DNA of 24,699 nt from Candidatus Thorarchaeota archaeon (GCA_038893995.1 JAWAQK010000003.1:1-24699), one strand, 5' to 3'; counted from the first letter of the stretch, positions 1-10,075 are shown. Numbers and translations: made by a program. Notes: a model not told the origin generated them from the sequence alone.

Positions 1-2
1 TG

Positions 3-1709
3 GCCCGTCTTGCAGAGGGAATGATGGTCGCAGTCAAGAACTTCCGAAGCCGGTCTGCTGCCAGTGCGAAGGAGAACATCCAGAGTTTCACCGTGATGGT
101 GGTGTCAAGGATATGGCCGTTGCATTACGGACTGAGCGGTCTGGATGACAGTCACTACTATCCGCTGCAGATGGAGGTCATCGAACAGGCTGTACCCGAC
201 TGGGACACAGACGACGAATCATCGATGATGATCCACATGAGTGCTGTGCCCATCAATTACGACCTCGTTATCGGACCGGACGGTGAGATCGAGTTCACGA
301 AGGGATTTTCGTATCCCCTACTCGGCGCAAAGGCATACATCGTAAACCATGAAACTGTCAACAGCATATACAACAAGAGAGTCCGAGAGGCCCTGGGCTT
401 CACGAAGAAGTTCACATCACCTGACCCCAGGAAGGACCCCCGACTGGGTCTGCTTCGCATGTTTGAAGACCCGAACACCGAGATACCCGTATACGTCGAC
501 CTGCACAAGCTCATTCGTTATCACTTTGGAGTCTTCTCGTTCACAGGGGGTGGAAAGAGTAATCTGATATCGAACATAGTGAGGAGGGTACTCTTCCACA
601 CAACAGACACGAAGGTCGTCATATTCGATATCAGCTGCGAGTATCCGTTTCTCCTGTGTGATGTAGTCGCAGACGACGGGTTGAGATCATGTGTAGTCCT
701 TGAAGAGGAGGTCGCCAACGCTGAGCAATTCTCCTGCTCCGTCGTCAAGCCCCGAAAGTTTGAGGACGATCCGCTGGCAAACAAGGCGCTGGAGGACCTA
801 TACAACAAGAAGAGGGTTGTCCATTACAACAGAGAGGCTGGGGATGTACCCAGCTTTGGTAGCCTACTGGCAGACATGATGTACATGAGGGACGGTATTG
901 ACAGGATCACGTATCTGGAGGCTGCTGACACCATCAGAGGCTTTGTCAAGGACTACATGAAAGAGCACAACAAGTCGGAGAAAGACGAACTCGACGAGAA
1001 CTTCATCGACGAGCTTGATAGATTCAGTAAGCGAACAATGGAGGAGTATGCAGTCCATGAGAAGGCCGCACTCTATGCGTGGGGCACCACTCGACACAAG
1101 ATGAAGGACAGTCTCCGACGAGCCAGAGAGGCAGTGCGGACCGGAGTGACTGTGGGAGATATCGTGAACATGCTCAAAGGAGAGGAGAGGCTCATCTGCA
1201 TATCGATAGCTGAGCCGTCTATTCTCAGAGACATCGTGGTGAAGCTCACTGAGAGTGCTCTCGGACTGAGAAAGAGAGAGTTCACTGTCAAGCCTCAGAT
1301 ACTCTTCGTGTTCGATGAGGCCCAGGAGTTCATACCTCAATATGTGTCGGAGGACTTGAGACGGTGCAGCCATGCTGTCGAGAGACTGTTGAGGCAAGGC
1401 AGAAAGTACGGCCTTGGCGGCGCGATTGCCACTCAGAGGGTCGCGCACCTCAATACAAACGTCTTGCAGCAGCTCCACACGTTCTTTGTCGGTACTCTGC
1501 CAAGGCCCTATGACAGGAGCGTCGTGAGCAACTCCTTCCAGATCGATATCACCATGATGGACAAGACGCTAGAATTCCCACCCGGCTCCTGGTTACTCTC
1601 CAGCTATGTGGCCACCGGACTCGATAATGTACCCCTCTTCATCCGAGCTGACAACGTGGAGGAGGCGATTGGTGCACATCTGAAACAGTTCAGAGGAGCA
1701 TCACAGTAG
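3..1709 (+). CDS. HerA/FtsK-family (DUF87-type) P-loop ATPase, probably 5'-truncated by the window edge
   Basis: HFGVFSFTGGGKSN Walker A, VIFD strand, ILFVFDEAQEF Walker B, RQGRKYGLG arginine-finger motif and ATQR sensor are all HerA-clade hallmarks. The frame is open upstream of ATG 21 to the window edge (ARLAEG-MM...), so the true start is probably outside the window. Confidence 0.88.
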   Translation, partial: ARLAEGMMVAVKNFRSRSAASAKENIQSFTVMVVSRIWPLHYGLSGLDDSHYYPLQMEVIEQAVPDWDTDDESSMMIHMSAVPINYDLVIGPDGEIEFTKGFSYPLLGAKAYIVNHETVNSIYNKRVREALGFTKKFTSPDPRKDPRLGLLRMFEDPNTEIPVYVDLHKLIRYHFGVFSFTGGGKSNLISNIVRRVLFHTTDTKVVIFDISCEYPFLLCDVVADDGLRSCVVLEEEVANAEQFSCSVVKPRKFEDDPLANKALEDLYNKKRVVHYNREAGDVPSFGSLLADMMYMRDGIDRITYLEAADTIRGFVKDYMKEHNKSEKDELDENFIDELDRFSKRTMEEYAVHEKAALYAWGTTRHKMKDSLRRAREAVRTGVTVGDIVNMLKGEERLICISIAEPSILRDIVVKLTESALGLRKREFTVKPQILFVFDEAQEFIPQYVSEDLRRCSHAVERLLRQGRKYGLGGAIATQRVAHLNTNVLQQLHTFFVGTLPRPYDRSVVSNSFQIDITMMDKTLEFPPGSWLLSSYVATGLDNVPLFIRADNVEEAIGAHLKQFRGASQ

Positions 1710-1754
1710 TGTGCGCCACGCCGATCGTAGAGCATTACTATCAGGTCTCGGGAA

Positions 1755-1781
1755 GTCCAGAGGCCTTCTGTGACTCTGGAC
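1755..1781 (+). terminator. Stem-loop downstream of the HerA-like gene
   Basis: GTCCAGAG (1755-1762) / CTCTGGAC (1774-1781) perfect 8-bp inverted repeat about 45 nt after the stop. A terminator role is inferred. Confidence 0.35.
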
Positions 1782-1878
1782 CAGCAGGGGGAGTAGTCGT
1801 TCGTATGAAGCACATTCGCGGTCGGAGATGTCACACCATGGCGAAAGACTTCTATTGTCCTTGTACTCCCTGAGCCTC

Positions 1879-2583
1879 ATGGCACACTCAGTCGACGTTC
1901 ACGAAACTCATAGCAGGCGGGTCCTAACGGTCTTCGTGATGCTTGCAGCAGTCGTGATCACACTTGTCATGATGAACGTGGTCGGTATTGTCTTTGTGAG
2001 TCTAGGAGTGCCCCTCTGGCTTGTACTCATCATCGTGCCAGGTTCTCTGATTGGAAGCATATTCAATATCCCTCTCACGACAATTGTCAGCGATACTGCC
2101 GAGTGTACACACCAGTACGTCACACTGTGGGGAATAACATATCGAGTCTATCCCCCTGACTGCCCTGGAAGGACCCACGTGAGCGTGAATGTTGGCGGTG
2201 CCATCATTCCGGTCCTGGTAAGCCTGTATCTGATGGCAAGCAACCTGTATCTCCTGGCACCAACTATGGTCGCCGTAGTCATAGTGGCGCTGCTCGTACA
2301 TCAGGTCGCTCGCATCGAGCCCGAGGTTGGGATTGTGACTCCCGCCCTGCTACCGGCACTGATAGCAGGTATGTCCGCCGTCTGGATCGGTAACTTGGTC
2401 GGTGCCCTTGGTGGTCATTACGTGATTGCATACGTCGCCGGCACTCTAGGAACACTCATAGGGGCAGACCTGCTCAACCTGGACAAGCTGCACCAACTGA
2501 AGGCGGGAAAAGCATCGATTGGTGGGGCTGGCACGTGGGATGGAGTCTTCTTGACAGGCATCATCGCCGTGTTCCTGGTATGA
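1879..2583 (+). CDS. DUF1614 family integral membrane protein
   Basis: GSIFNIP, VNVGGAIIP, GTLGTLIGADLLNL and ASIGGAGTWDGVFLTGI motifs typical of archaeal DUF1614, with several hydrophobic helices. Start uncertain (ATG 1828 or ATG 1879). Confidence 0.85.
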   Translation: MAHSVDVHETHSRRVLTVFVMLAAVVITLVMMNVVGIVFVSLGVPLWLVLIIVPGSLIGSIFNIPLTTIVSDTAECTHQYVTLWGITYRVYPPDCPGRTHVSVNVGGAIIPVLVSLYLMASNLYLLAPTMVAVVIVALLVHQVARIEPEVGIVTPALLPALIAGMSAVWIGNLVGALGGHYVIAYVAGTLGTLIGADLLNLDKLHQLKAGKASIGGAGTWDGVFLTGIIAVFLV

Positions 2584-2613
2584 CGGTCTCCCTTGCACCA
2601 GACCGCAACTCCG

Positions 2614-3150
2614 TCACAGGGCCAACTTCACTCCCAATGCTTTCTCCAGTTTCTTGATCTTCGGTGCGATCACGTAGCGGCAATACGGCTGAGAGGGATT
2701 GCGCATGAAGTACTCACGATGATACTCTTCAGCCGGGTAGAAGGCGGTGAAGGGCTCTACCGATGTGACGATAGGCCTGTCATACTGGCCACTCGCACTG
2801 AGTTGCTCGATCAGCTCGACTGCGGCCCTCCGCTGTTCATCGTCATGGTAGAATATGACGGACCTGTACTGGGTTCCGATGTCGTTACCTTGACGGTTCA
2901 GAGTGGTCGGATCGTGTATCGTGAAGAATACATCCAGGAGGTCACCATAGCTCACGACTGATGGATCGAACTCAATCTGGCATACCTCCGCATGACCGGT
3001 CTCACCCGTACATACCTCCTCGTATGATGGGTCGGCTGTGTGTCCTCCAGAGTACCCAGGAGTCACCGATACCACGCCCCTCACGAGTCTGAAGGCGGCC
3101 TCGACGCACCAGAAGCATCCTGCTCCGAAGGTTGCAAACTGCATGGTCAC
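2614..3150 (-). CDS. msrA: Peptide-methionine (S)-S-oxide reductase MsrA
   Basis: GAGCFWC active site, [46 protein letters not shown] and a C-terminal YC resolving cysteine. Confidence 0.97.
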   Translation of the reverse strand: MTMQFATFGAGCFWCVEAAFRLVRGVVSVTPGYSGGHTADPSYEEVCTGETGHAEVCQIEFDPSVVSYGDLLDVFFTIHDPTTLNRQGNDIGTQYRSVIFYHDDEQRRAAVELIEQLSASGQYDRPIVTSVEPFTAFYPAEEYHREYFMRNPSQPYCRYVIAPKIKKLEKALGVKLAL

Positions 3151-3242
3151 GAATCGATCTGAGTGCTAATTAGCCCACACTTGTAGGCACAGACAGTCAC
3201 CTATGACGCTCTCAGTTTCAGAATGAGATACAGCTGAAAATC

Positions 3243-3260
3243 ATTGATATTGATATCAAT
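3243..3260. promoter_or_regulatory. AT-rich palindrome in the divergent msrA / membrane-protein intergenic region
   Basis: ATTGATATCAAT (3249-3260) is a perfect 12-bp palindrome, preceded by a tandem ATTGAT (3243-3248). Confidence 0.4.
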
Positions 3261-3308
3261 CACTACCATAAGCTATTTACCACAGTATCATGGGTTCGTC
3301 GATCAGAG

Positions 3309-5579
3309 GTGTGCACACTGAAAGACAGAAGGGCCGCAGGTATACTTGCGTGGCCCGTGGGCCTCCCTGCAGCTGCCCTCATCGGAGTCGCGTATGTCAT
3401 CTCCAATCCCAAATGGGACTCTATCACTACAGCAACATCAACCTACTCGCTCCTGGCATTCCTAAGCATAGCTATTGCTGCCTGTCTGGCTAATCTATTG
3501 AGGGCAGAACCGTCTTCAGCCAATAGGGTCCTTCTTGCCACCCTGTCTTACTCGGCGATCATCTTCGGCGGAGCGGCTGTGTTCTACGTTGTGAGTGGTG
3601 CTGAGCCTGTGGCGCACGCCGGGCCGGGGGGAATATTCCTCAATCTTGTCGCCTTCTCAACGACGGGGCTATCTTCGTTGACGTATTCGTTGATGTTGCG
3701 AAGGCCCCGCTTGGGAGAGTCGATGTTTGAGAGGAGAGGGGCGGTAGGGCTCCTGATCGCCGTTGAAGTGGCCCTGTTCGTAGTATGCATGTACCTATCG
3801 CGGCAGCCACTGGGAGAACTCTTCATCGTTGCGGGCCGTATGGTCGGCGGTGTTTCCATAGTGTCTTATGTCATTGCGGCCCTGCTCACTCTGACTGCAC
3901 GAGACCAGGACACTGTCATCGATAGGGTCAGGCTTACAATAGCATTTGTGCTGCTTGCGTCCGCAAGCTCAATACATTTCTCGATACTGCCTTCGCCATC
4001 CGCGTTCTGGCTACTCTCGATGGGCCTCATGATGGTCGCATTCATGTTTGCCACCATGGCGACAGGGTTCCCGTTTCTCATGTCCACAGGTGTCGAGGCA
4101 CGTAGTGCATATGCGGTCGTAGCCGCCCTGATCGCGGTGGCTGTAGTACCGGTCCTCATGGCCAGCGTAGTATCTCGAGTGCTTGACGTGAGTCAGGTCC
4201 CTGACCTCGGTGCCACCATTGTGATCCATCTGGGAGGTGCGGTGCTTGCTGGCGCAACGGCATATGCGATGTACAACAGGTCTATCCACATGCCCATGCC
4301 GTTCCACATTCCACTCGTACTGCTCCTGTCTTCATGGTCTGTCTTAGAGATCGCGCTGGTCTTCACCAGATTCCTGCCACACTACGGGGTTGTCGAAGAA
4401 TCAATGGTGCCCTACGTAGTGGGAGGACTCATATCGGTGATGATGCTCTATACCACAAACCTGAGGCTCCTGAAGATGGCACCATCGAGGAGTATGGTAC
4501 TCGAGGGCAGGGCTGTTGGGGTCGGCATCCTCATAGTCGTGGGGGTCATCATTGCCAGCGAATATGCCTGGTGGGAGGTCGTCGCAAGAGTCCCGGGTCT
4601 GTACCAGACGTCCATAGGGGAAGCAATGATGCTGAGCCTGGGACTCCTGTCCCTCTTTGTACTGCTCAACTTCGTCATGCTACTTGTCCTGATGTCAAAG
4701 GGCCGGATCACAGTAGATTACGTTGGAGCCCTCTCATCGACCGTATGGATCGCAATAATCATCATGAAGGCGAACTTCACGGACTACACACCTGGATGGT
4801 GGAGTGCAGAGATTCTACTGCTTGCTGCCACCATACTGTTCCCGCTGATACTCCTGGCCACATATCTGAGAGAGAGGAGGGAATCGGACCAGCTTCGGGA
4901 TAGACTCGGCCTCTACCTGCGACTTGTTGGCGAAGAGATCGCCGACGAGCATAGGTCGAGTATTGAGAAACTAGACTGGCTGAGCAGAAGGCCCAACATG
5001 ACCAACGGAGATCTGAGTGCAATCTCGGAGGCACTCAGCAGCGTCACTCGAGCTGATGATCTGTTCACGATCATGAGCAGCTTTCTGACAGAGGCTCCAT
5101 TGTCTGAAGAGAAGTTGGAAACTCTCGACGTCGCCAAGTGTCTTACAACAGCAATTGAGATGATACAGCCGAATCTGCAGTTCGAACTGCCATCTGTTGT
5201 CATGAAGTGCCCTCCAGGTGGGTGCCTAGTCAATGCAAATGCCATGCTCAGCCATGCATTCTCCAGACTCGTGATAGGGGTCGTAAATCGACTTGGCTCT
5301 CCCGACAGGATGGAGGTAGAGATCAGCGGTACTGAGATGAATGGAAAACAGGCATGGATGACTTCTGTGACCTTTCAGATCAGAACAAGTCATTTAGAAC
5401 TGAAGAGAGAACTTGTGCGAAGATATTCCGTAGAGGGAATGAGAGTAGCACCAGAGTTTGCCCTCGCTCAACGATTGATCGAGATGATTCATGGAGACCT
5501 TCAGCTTGATGCTGATGTTCAGGAAGACAGTCTGATTGTCACAGTCCGAGTCATACTCCTTGCAGCAACGGTCACGTAG
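3309..5579 (+). CDS. Polytopic membrane protein (roughly 15 TM segments) with a degenerate histidine-kinase-like cytoplasmic C-terminal domain
   Basis: About 520 aa of consecutive hydrophobic segments, then a charged helix (ERRESDQLRDRL) and a soluble ~230 aa region with HisKA/HATPase-like spacing (LETLDVAKCL; VNANAMLSHAFSRLV; FALAQRLIEMIHGDLQL; VTVRVIL). Exact start uncertain. Confidence 0.7.
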   Translation: MCTLKDRRAAGILAWPVGLPAAALIGVAYVISNPKWDSITTATSTYSLLAFLSIAIAACLANLLRAEPSSANRVLLATLSYSAIIFGGAAVFYVVSGAEPVAHAGPGGIFLNLVAFSTTGLSSLTYSLMLRRPRLGESMFERRGAVGLLIAVEVALFVVCMYLSRQPLGELFIVAGRMVGGVSIVSYVIAALLTLTARDQDTVIDRVRLTIAFVLLASASSIHFSILPSPSAFWLLSMGLMMVAFMFATMATGFPFLMSTGVEARSAYAVVAALIAVAVVPVLMASVVSRVLDVSQVPDLGATIVIHLGGAVLAGATAYAMYNRSIHMPMPFHIPLVLLLSSWSVLEIALVFTRFLPHYGVVEESMVPYVVGGLISVMMLYTTNLRLLKMAPSRSMVLEGRAVGVGILIVVGVIIASEYAWWEVVARVPGLYQTSIGEAMMLSLGLLSLFVLLNFVMLLVLMSKGRITVDYVGALSSTVWIAIIIMKANFTDYTPGWWSAEILLLAATILFPLILLATYLRERRESDQLRDRLGLYLRLVGEEIADEHRSSIEKLDWLSRRPNMTNGDLSAISEALSSVTRADDLFTIMSSFLTEAPLSEEKLETLDVAKCLTTAIEMIQPNLQFELPSVVMKCPPGGCLVNANAMLSHAFSRLVIGVVNRLGSPDRMEVEISGTEMNGKQAWMTSVTFQIRTSHLELKRELVRRYSVEGMRVAPEFALAQRLIEMIHGDLQLDADVQEDSLIVTVRVILLAATVT

Positions 5580-5783
5580 AGGGCGTCTTGACCCCGATGA
5601 CAGGTACAGTTCGTCGGGTGCCCATTTGATTCCGCGGGTGAACACATAGGTCGGCTGAAGTCTCGGTTGCACAGCTCGGGAATATTGGGCGTGACACGGG
5701 CTCCATCCAACGCGGAAACAACTGGCGACTGGCAGAACCAAGAGGTAACGAGTCTCGTCCTTGTTTGTGCTCCCTGATTCCTG

Positions 5784-5796
5784 CAAAGGGTTATAT
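5784..5796 (+). promoter_or_regulatory. Archaeal BRE/TATA promoter for the 5832 gene
   Basis: CAAAGGG followed by TTATAT (5791-5796), about 35 nt upstream of ATG 5832. Confidence 0.55.
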
Positions 5797-5831
5797 CCCA
5801 GAAACAGGATGACAGGGTTCCGGGCGTACCC

Positions 5832-8159
5832 ATGAACAAACCCAGACTCGTTCTAGTAATAGTCGTCTTGTCAGTCATGCTTGCCAGCATGTCAACAGTT
5901 CCTGTTGCGGCAGCATACGTCAGTACGACAGCGGAGTCCTTCCAGCGCCAGTATGAACCGGGGACCAACAATCACACCTACGCGTATGTTGAACCCAGTC
6001 GAATCCCGTACAACTCGAGGACATGGCTACATGCTACCGGCGTCGGGACGAACATGAGGTCATACCGCTACAGTAACGCCGGCTGGGATCTCGTCACGTC
6101 GGCGTACTCCGGCGATGAGGACCAACTGTTCCTGTGGGCACAGCATTCGTCGTACCCTGGGAACTCATTCTCCAATACCACAATGTTGCCAACGTTCTAC
6201 GACGTGATTGGCAGCGCCAACGAGCCAACAGGTATCAATACCACCGTGATCAGATACTCATTCCAACTCACCATGAATACCGTCAACACAGTAGTGTTGA
6301 ATCCTGACGTTGCAACGTATGGTGCTCTCGCCATCGGGACGGAGGAGTTCGTACATCTAGTTGTTTCGTCAAGACTGGATGCAGTCACATGGGCAGTGGT
6401 GGTATACGACTCCCGGGGCAGAGAGATGGCAAACGTCGAATCCGCGGAAGGAGACACCATTGTCATTCCGTTCAGGCCCTCAGGTCCGGGCACATATACT
6501 GTCCTCATAGAGACCGACACTTCAGCCCAGGGACTGGTACTCTTTGACATCAACCCAGTTGCCGTCAACCCTATACTCCTAGGAGACGGACAGCTGGTGC
6601 AGGGAGTCCTCGCAGGGAGTGAGCTTGTCGTCGAGAGCGATGGAAGTGTAGTGCACAAGGAGAAGATACCTTCAACGGTGACATACAGGTGCCAGTCGGA
6701 CGTCGTGTCGAGCATAAGCTACTCGTTCAACTACCCCGAGCTCAGTGTGCCTCTCGTTCCCACGTACCCGGTGTCGATCGCTGTCGAGAGTGACGCATTC
6801 ACTCAGTACTATGACATCGGGAGACGCTACAGGTGGTCCGCATCAACACCTCAGACTGGCGTGTATCACTACCGCTCCTTCAGGGGAGAGTCGTACTATG
6901 TCACTGTGACAGGAGCGGACAATGTTGAGTATGCTATTCTCAACAAGGCAGTGCCGACAGGCGACCTGCCGGTCAACACGGAGTTTCAGGTCCGGAATTT
7001 TGATGGCTATTCAAGAAGGATGACGTACGAACTGAATCTGAATGAGGACCACATCATGAATGTCAATGGCACCGTGCCGTCGGGAACGATCACGTGGAGG
7101 GTGTGGACTGTCTATGACAACAAGATGCATATCCTCCGCACTCTGTCATTCTCCGCAACAATGCCTAGCGCTCCACTCTACTACTTTCCAGCTGGCAAAT
7201 ACGTTGTTGAGGTCGAGATGTCATCTGGTGCCATGGGCAAATTTGAGTTCAACATCGGGCCAATCGTCAGTGATTCGTCTGCTGTCATTCCCCGCATAGG
7301 AGGCTTTCTAGTCAGCTCTCACGCCATGAGATACTATAACATGACCTTCAGACTGCTCAATCTCGACAACATCACTGTGAACACTCGTGTGGAGGTCTGG
7401 GACCGGTATTCCATTCAGCAGTCTAGTGTTGTCGTGAACCTCGCGAACAAGTGGAACGGTACGCACTGGTTCCCACATGAAACATATCTCAACTACACTG
7501 AGATAGTGACAAACAACAGGCTCACAGAGGGGTATTTCATAGTCGCAGTCTGCACTAACAGTGCGACTGACAACACTGGCTCAGGGGTACCGCGACCAGA
7601 CTACCCAGTCAGATACAATCTGACTGTCTACGATCATGAGACTTTCTACTACAATGACATTGCGGAGCTAACCGGCGGGGCGTCTGCGCCACTGGAGTAT
7701 AACTTCACGACAAGCTTGACTCAGGCCACCGAGAGATACTCTCTCAGACTGAATGTGCCCAAGGGCGTATGGTTCAATGTCACCGTGATCGCTTCTAGCG
7801 CAAGTGCCTTCAGTGCAGAGTTGCTCCATCGATGGCAGCAGAGGACTCATAGGGTCCCCTGGAACAGGCTGAACGACAACCTCGTTGGCAACATCGGCAC
7901 CCAGCTCTCGTTCCAATTCGGCTCGATCAGCAGCTCACTGACCCTGGCTGTGCAGTTGACAAGGACTGCAGGTGTGGCGGGCTATCTCTACATCCGGATA
8001 GTCCCTCTGAAGACAGACCAGTTTGAAGTGCCTCCACCACTGACCCCGCCGCAACCTGGTCCGCTTGACATCCTCGGTCCATACCTCATCCCAATTGGAG
8101 TGGGTGCTGCTGCAATCGTGATAGTGACTGTTGTGTACTTCAAGAAGTTCAAGAAATAG
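5832..8159 (+). CDS. Secreted, C-terminally membrane-anchored beta-rich cell-surface protein (putative glycoprotein)
   Basis: Signal peptide MNKPRLVLVIVVLSVMLASMSTVPVAA; beta-strand-rich body with many N-x-S/T sequons (NHT, NTT, NGT, NMT, NIT, NYT, NLT, NFT, NVT); Pro-rich linker, TM helix and basic tail KKFKK. Confidence 0.8.
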   Translation: MNKPRLVLVIVVLSVMLASMSTVPVAAAYVSTTAESFQRQYEPGTNNHTYAYVEPSRIPYNSRTWLHATGVGTNMRSYRYSNAGWDLVTSAYSGDEDQLFLWAQHSSYPGNSFSNTTMLPTFYDVIGSANEPTGINTTVIRYSFQLTMNTVNTVVLNPDVATYGALAIGTEEFVHLVVSSRLDAVTWAVVVYDSRGREMANVESAEGDTIVIPFRPSGPGTYTVLIETDTSAQGLVLFDINPVAVNPILLGDGQLVQGVLAGSELVVESDGSVVHKEKIPSTVTYRCQSDVVSSISYSFNYPELSVPLVPTYPVSIAVESDAFTQYYDIGRRYRWSASTPQTGVYHYRSFRGESYYVTVTGADNVEYAILNKAVPTGDLPVNTEFQVRNFDGYSRRMTYELNLNEDHIMNVNGTVPSGTITWRVWTVYDNKMHILRTLSFSATMPSAPLYYFPAGKYVVEVEMSSGAMGKFEFNIGPIVSDSSAVIPRIGGFLVSSHAMRYYNMTFRLLNLDNITVNTRVEVWDRYSIQQSSVVVNLANKWNGTHWFPHETYLNYTEIVTNNRLTEGYFIVAVCTNSATDNTGSGVPRPDYPVRYNLTVYDHETFYYNDIAELTGGASAPLEYNFTTSLTQATERYSLRLNVPKGVWFNVTVIASSASAFSAELLHRWQQRTHRVPWNRLNDNLVGNIGTQLSFQFGSISSSLTLAVQLTRTAGVAGYLYIRIVPLKTDQFEVPPPLTPPQPGPLDILGPYLIPIGVGAAAIVIVTVVYFKKFKK

Positions 8160-8167
8160 CGGGGGTC

Positions 8168-8206
8168 GGCCTGGGCACACCAGGCCTCTCCCGTCTCTTT
8201 CTATTC
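8168..8206 (+). terminator. Hairpin plus pyrimidine tract between convergent genes
   Basis: GGCCTGG-gcaca-CCAGGCC (8168-8186) followed by TCTCCCGTCTCTTTCTATTC, immediately after stop 8159. Confidence 0.5.
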
Positions 8207-8251
8207 TGACTCGTGGGGTGTCCAATTGGCGGTGGATAGACCGTCCGTGAC

Positions 8252-10042
8252 TCACTTGTCTTCAAGTGTCTTCTTGAACATCTTCGCGAACTCAGCGAAC
8301 TGGTCAATCCCTTTCTGCCAAGATGACTCCTTCGTCACGTCAAAGCCCACCACGGCAGCAAGCTCACGGGGGCTCTTGCTAGAACCAGCTGCAAGCAGCG
8401 ACTTCAGGACAGGGACGAATGCCTTGCCCTGCTCCTTGTATAGCCGGTACATTGCATAGACGAACAGCTGAGCGTATACGTAGGGGTAGTTATAGTACCT
8501 GTAGTTCGGCAGGTAGAAGTGGAGCTTCATGGTCCACCACCACTTCATCTCAGGCAGCCACTCGACCGAATCGCCGTACATCTTGTCTCTTGCCTTCAAC
8601 CACAGCTGGGAGACAGTCTCGCCGTCGAGGTGTTCTCCGTTTGAGATGGCCTCGTACAACATTGTCTCAAACCAGACTCTGGTCGAGACTTGGAATGCAG
8701 CCTCCCCGAACTCGTCGAGTACCTTTGCAAGTATGCCCCTACGTTCTGCCGCCGAGCTAGCCTTGGACAAGAGTTTCTCGGTGAGGAGCAGCTCGCCGAA
8801 GATCGAGCCAGTCTCCGCTATGCAACTGCCGATACGATAGTTCACTGGCGTCTGCGCCCTCGAACCAAGGTAGGCATGAAGCGCGTGTCCCAACTCGTGG
8901 GCCTGAGTGAACACATCACCCATCGTCCCATTGAAGCTCTGTAGGATGTAGGCACTCTTTCCAGCAAACCATGTTGAACAGAAGGCACCCGACCTCTTTC
9001 CATTCCTGACCTCGGCGTCAATATGTCGCCTGTCGTACATCTCTCTGATGTAGTTGCCGGCCTCCTCATCGAAGGAGCTATACGCATCGAGGATGATCTC
9101 ACGAGCCTCATCCCACGTGTAGGTCTTGTCTGGTAGGTCGGGAAGCGGAGCGGTTATGTCCCAGTTGCCAAGCCGCTTGAGTCCCATTGCCTTGGCCTTG
9201 AGCTCGAGGTACGAACGGTACACCTTCACGTTCTTCTCTATGGTCTTCATCAGGGCGTGAATGGCCTCCTCATCGACATCGTTGTCGATCAGGCTCTGAG
9301 TCATGGGACTAGGCCACTGACGTAACTTGCAGACCTGAAGATGGTCGGAACAGACCGCACGGAGTGCAGATGACCAGATTATATGGTCCTTGCCCAGTCC
9401 TGAGTAGACGGTCTCGTGAGCACGACGCCGAAGGTCACGATTGGGACTCTCGTACAGGCCTACCATCTTTCCGTATGGAAGGACCTGCTTCTTTCCGTCT
9501 ATCTCAATCTCAAAGGTGCGCGTGGCCAGCCAGTCTCCGTGGAGTTGGTTCCACGCCTCTATGCCATTCATGTCCTTGACTATTATGAGCCGCTCGAGCT
9601 CTTCACTCAGCATATGGGGTACTCTTCGCAGTATCCTCTCCAGGAAGTGTCTGTAGTCCTTGAGGACAGGATCCTGGACGAGATCTGGCCTAGACTTCAA
9701 GAGTCGACCCAGCTCCAGCTCTACAAACGCGAGGTTCTGGCCGACCTCTGCACCACAGTTTCTCGAAGTCTCATGCAGTTGCTTGGCGGTCTCGTTTGTC
9801 ATGTCAGCAGAGTACATTAGCGAGGCATACATGAAGTAGCCCTCATGCTCAAGCTCGAGACGCTCGAGCTCACGAATCAGGTCGAGGACCTCCCGGGCAT
9901 TGTATGACTCGATCTTTCCCTGGTGCTTTGACCTGAACTCCCCAGAGGCGCTAACGGACTCTTTGATCTTCCCAGCAATCCGGTCCGGATCATCGACCTC
10001 TACCAGCTGGGACAGGTCCCAGCGCATCTCCTGCGATATCAT
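8252..10042 (-). CDS. pepF: M3B family oligoendopeptidase F
   Basis: N-terminal WDLS motif, HIDAEVRNGKRSGAFC, HELGH (HExxH) zinc motif, downstream AETGSIFGE and HFY...YYNYPY. Length 596 aa fits the family. Confidence 0.93.
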   Translation of the reverse strand: MISQEMRWDLSQLVEVDDPDRIAGKIKESVSASGEFRSKHQGKIESYNAREVLDLIRELERLELEHEGYFMYASLMYSADMTNETAKQLHETSRNCGAEVGQNLAFVELELGRLLKSRPDLVQDPVLKDYRHFLERILRRVPHMLSEELERLIIVKDMNGIEAWNQLHGDWLATRTFEIEIDGKKQVLPYGKMVGLYESPNRDLRRRAHETVYSGLGKDHIIWSSALRAVCSDHLQVCKLRQWPSPMTQSLIDNDVDEEAIHALMKTIEKNVKVYRSYLELKAKAMGLKRLGNWDITAPLPDLPDKTYTWDEAREIILDAYSSFDEEAGNYIREMYDRRHIDAEVRNGKRSGAFCSTWFAGKSAYILQSFNGTMGDVFTQAHELGHALHAYLGSRAQTPVNYRIGSCIAETGSIFGELLLTEKLLSKASSAAERRGILAKVLDEFGEAAFQVSTRVWFETMLYEAISNGEHLDGETVSQLWLKARDKMYGDSVEWLPEMKWWWTMKLHFYLPNYRYYNYPYVYAQLFVYAMYRLYKEQGKAFVPVLKSLLAAGSSKSPRELAAVVGFDVTKESSWQKGIDQFAEFAKMFKKTLEDK

Positions 10043-10062
10043 GTGAAAGGCGCACTCACAAG

Positions 10063-10075
10063 CATCTTAAAGATG
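10063..10075 (-). promoter_or_regulatory. TATA-like element of pepF inside an inverted repeat
   Basis: CATCTT-A-AAGATG. On the minus strand TTTAAG lies about 25 nt upstream of the pepF ATG (10042). Confidence 0.4.

Noticed and set aside
864-1478. 204-aa antisense ORF, and similar shadow ORFs such as 4334-4903, 6197-6715 and 20348-20911
   Set aside because: They overlap well-supported genes and carry no recognisable motifs; long shadow ORFs are expected in GC-rich coding DNA.
8139-8159. C-terminal KKFKK as a eukaryote-like dilysine ER-retrieval signal
   Set aside because: Position -3 is Phe, so it fits neither KKxx nor KxKxx; the positive-inside rule explains it.
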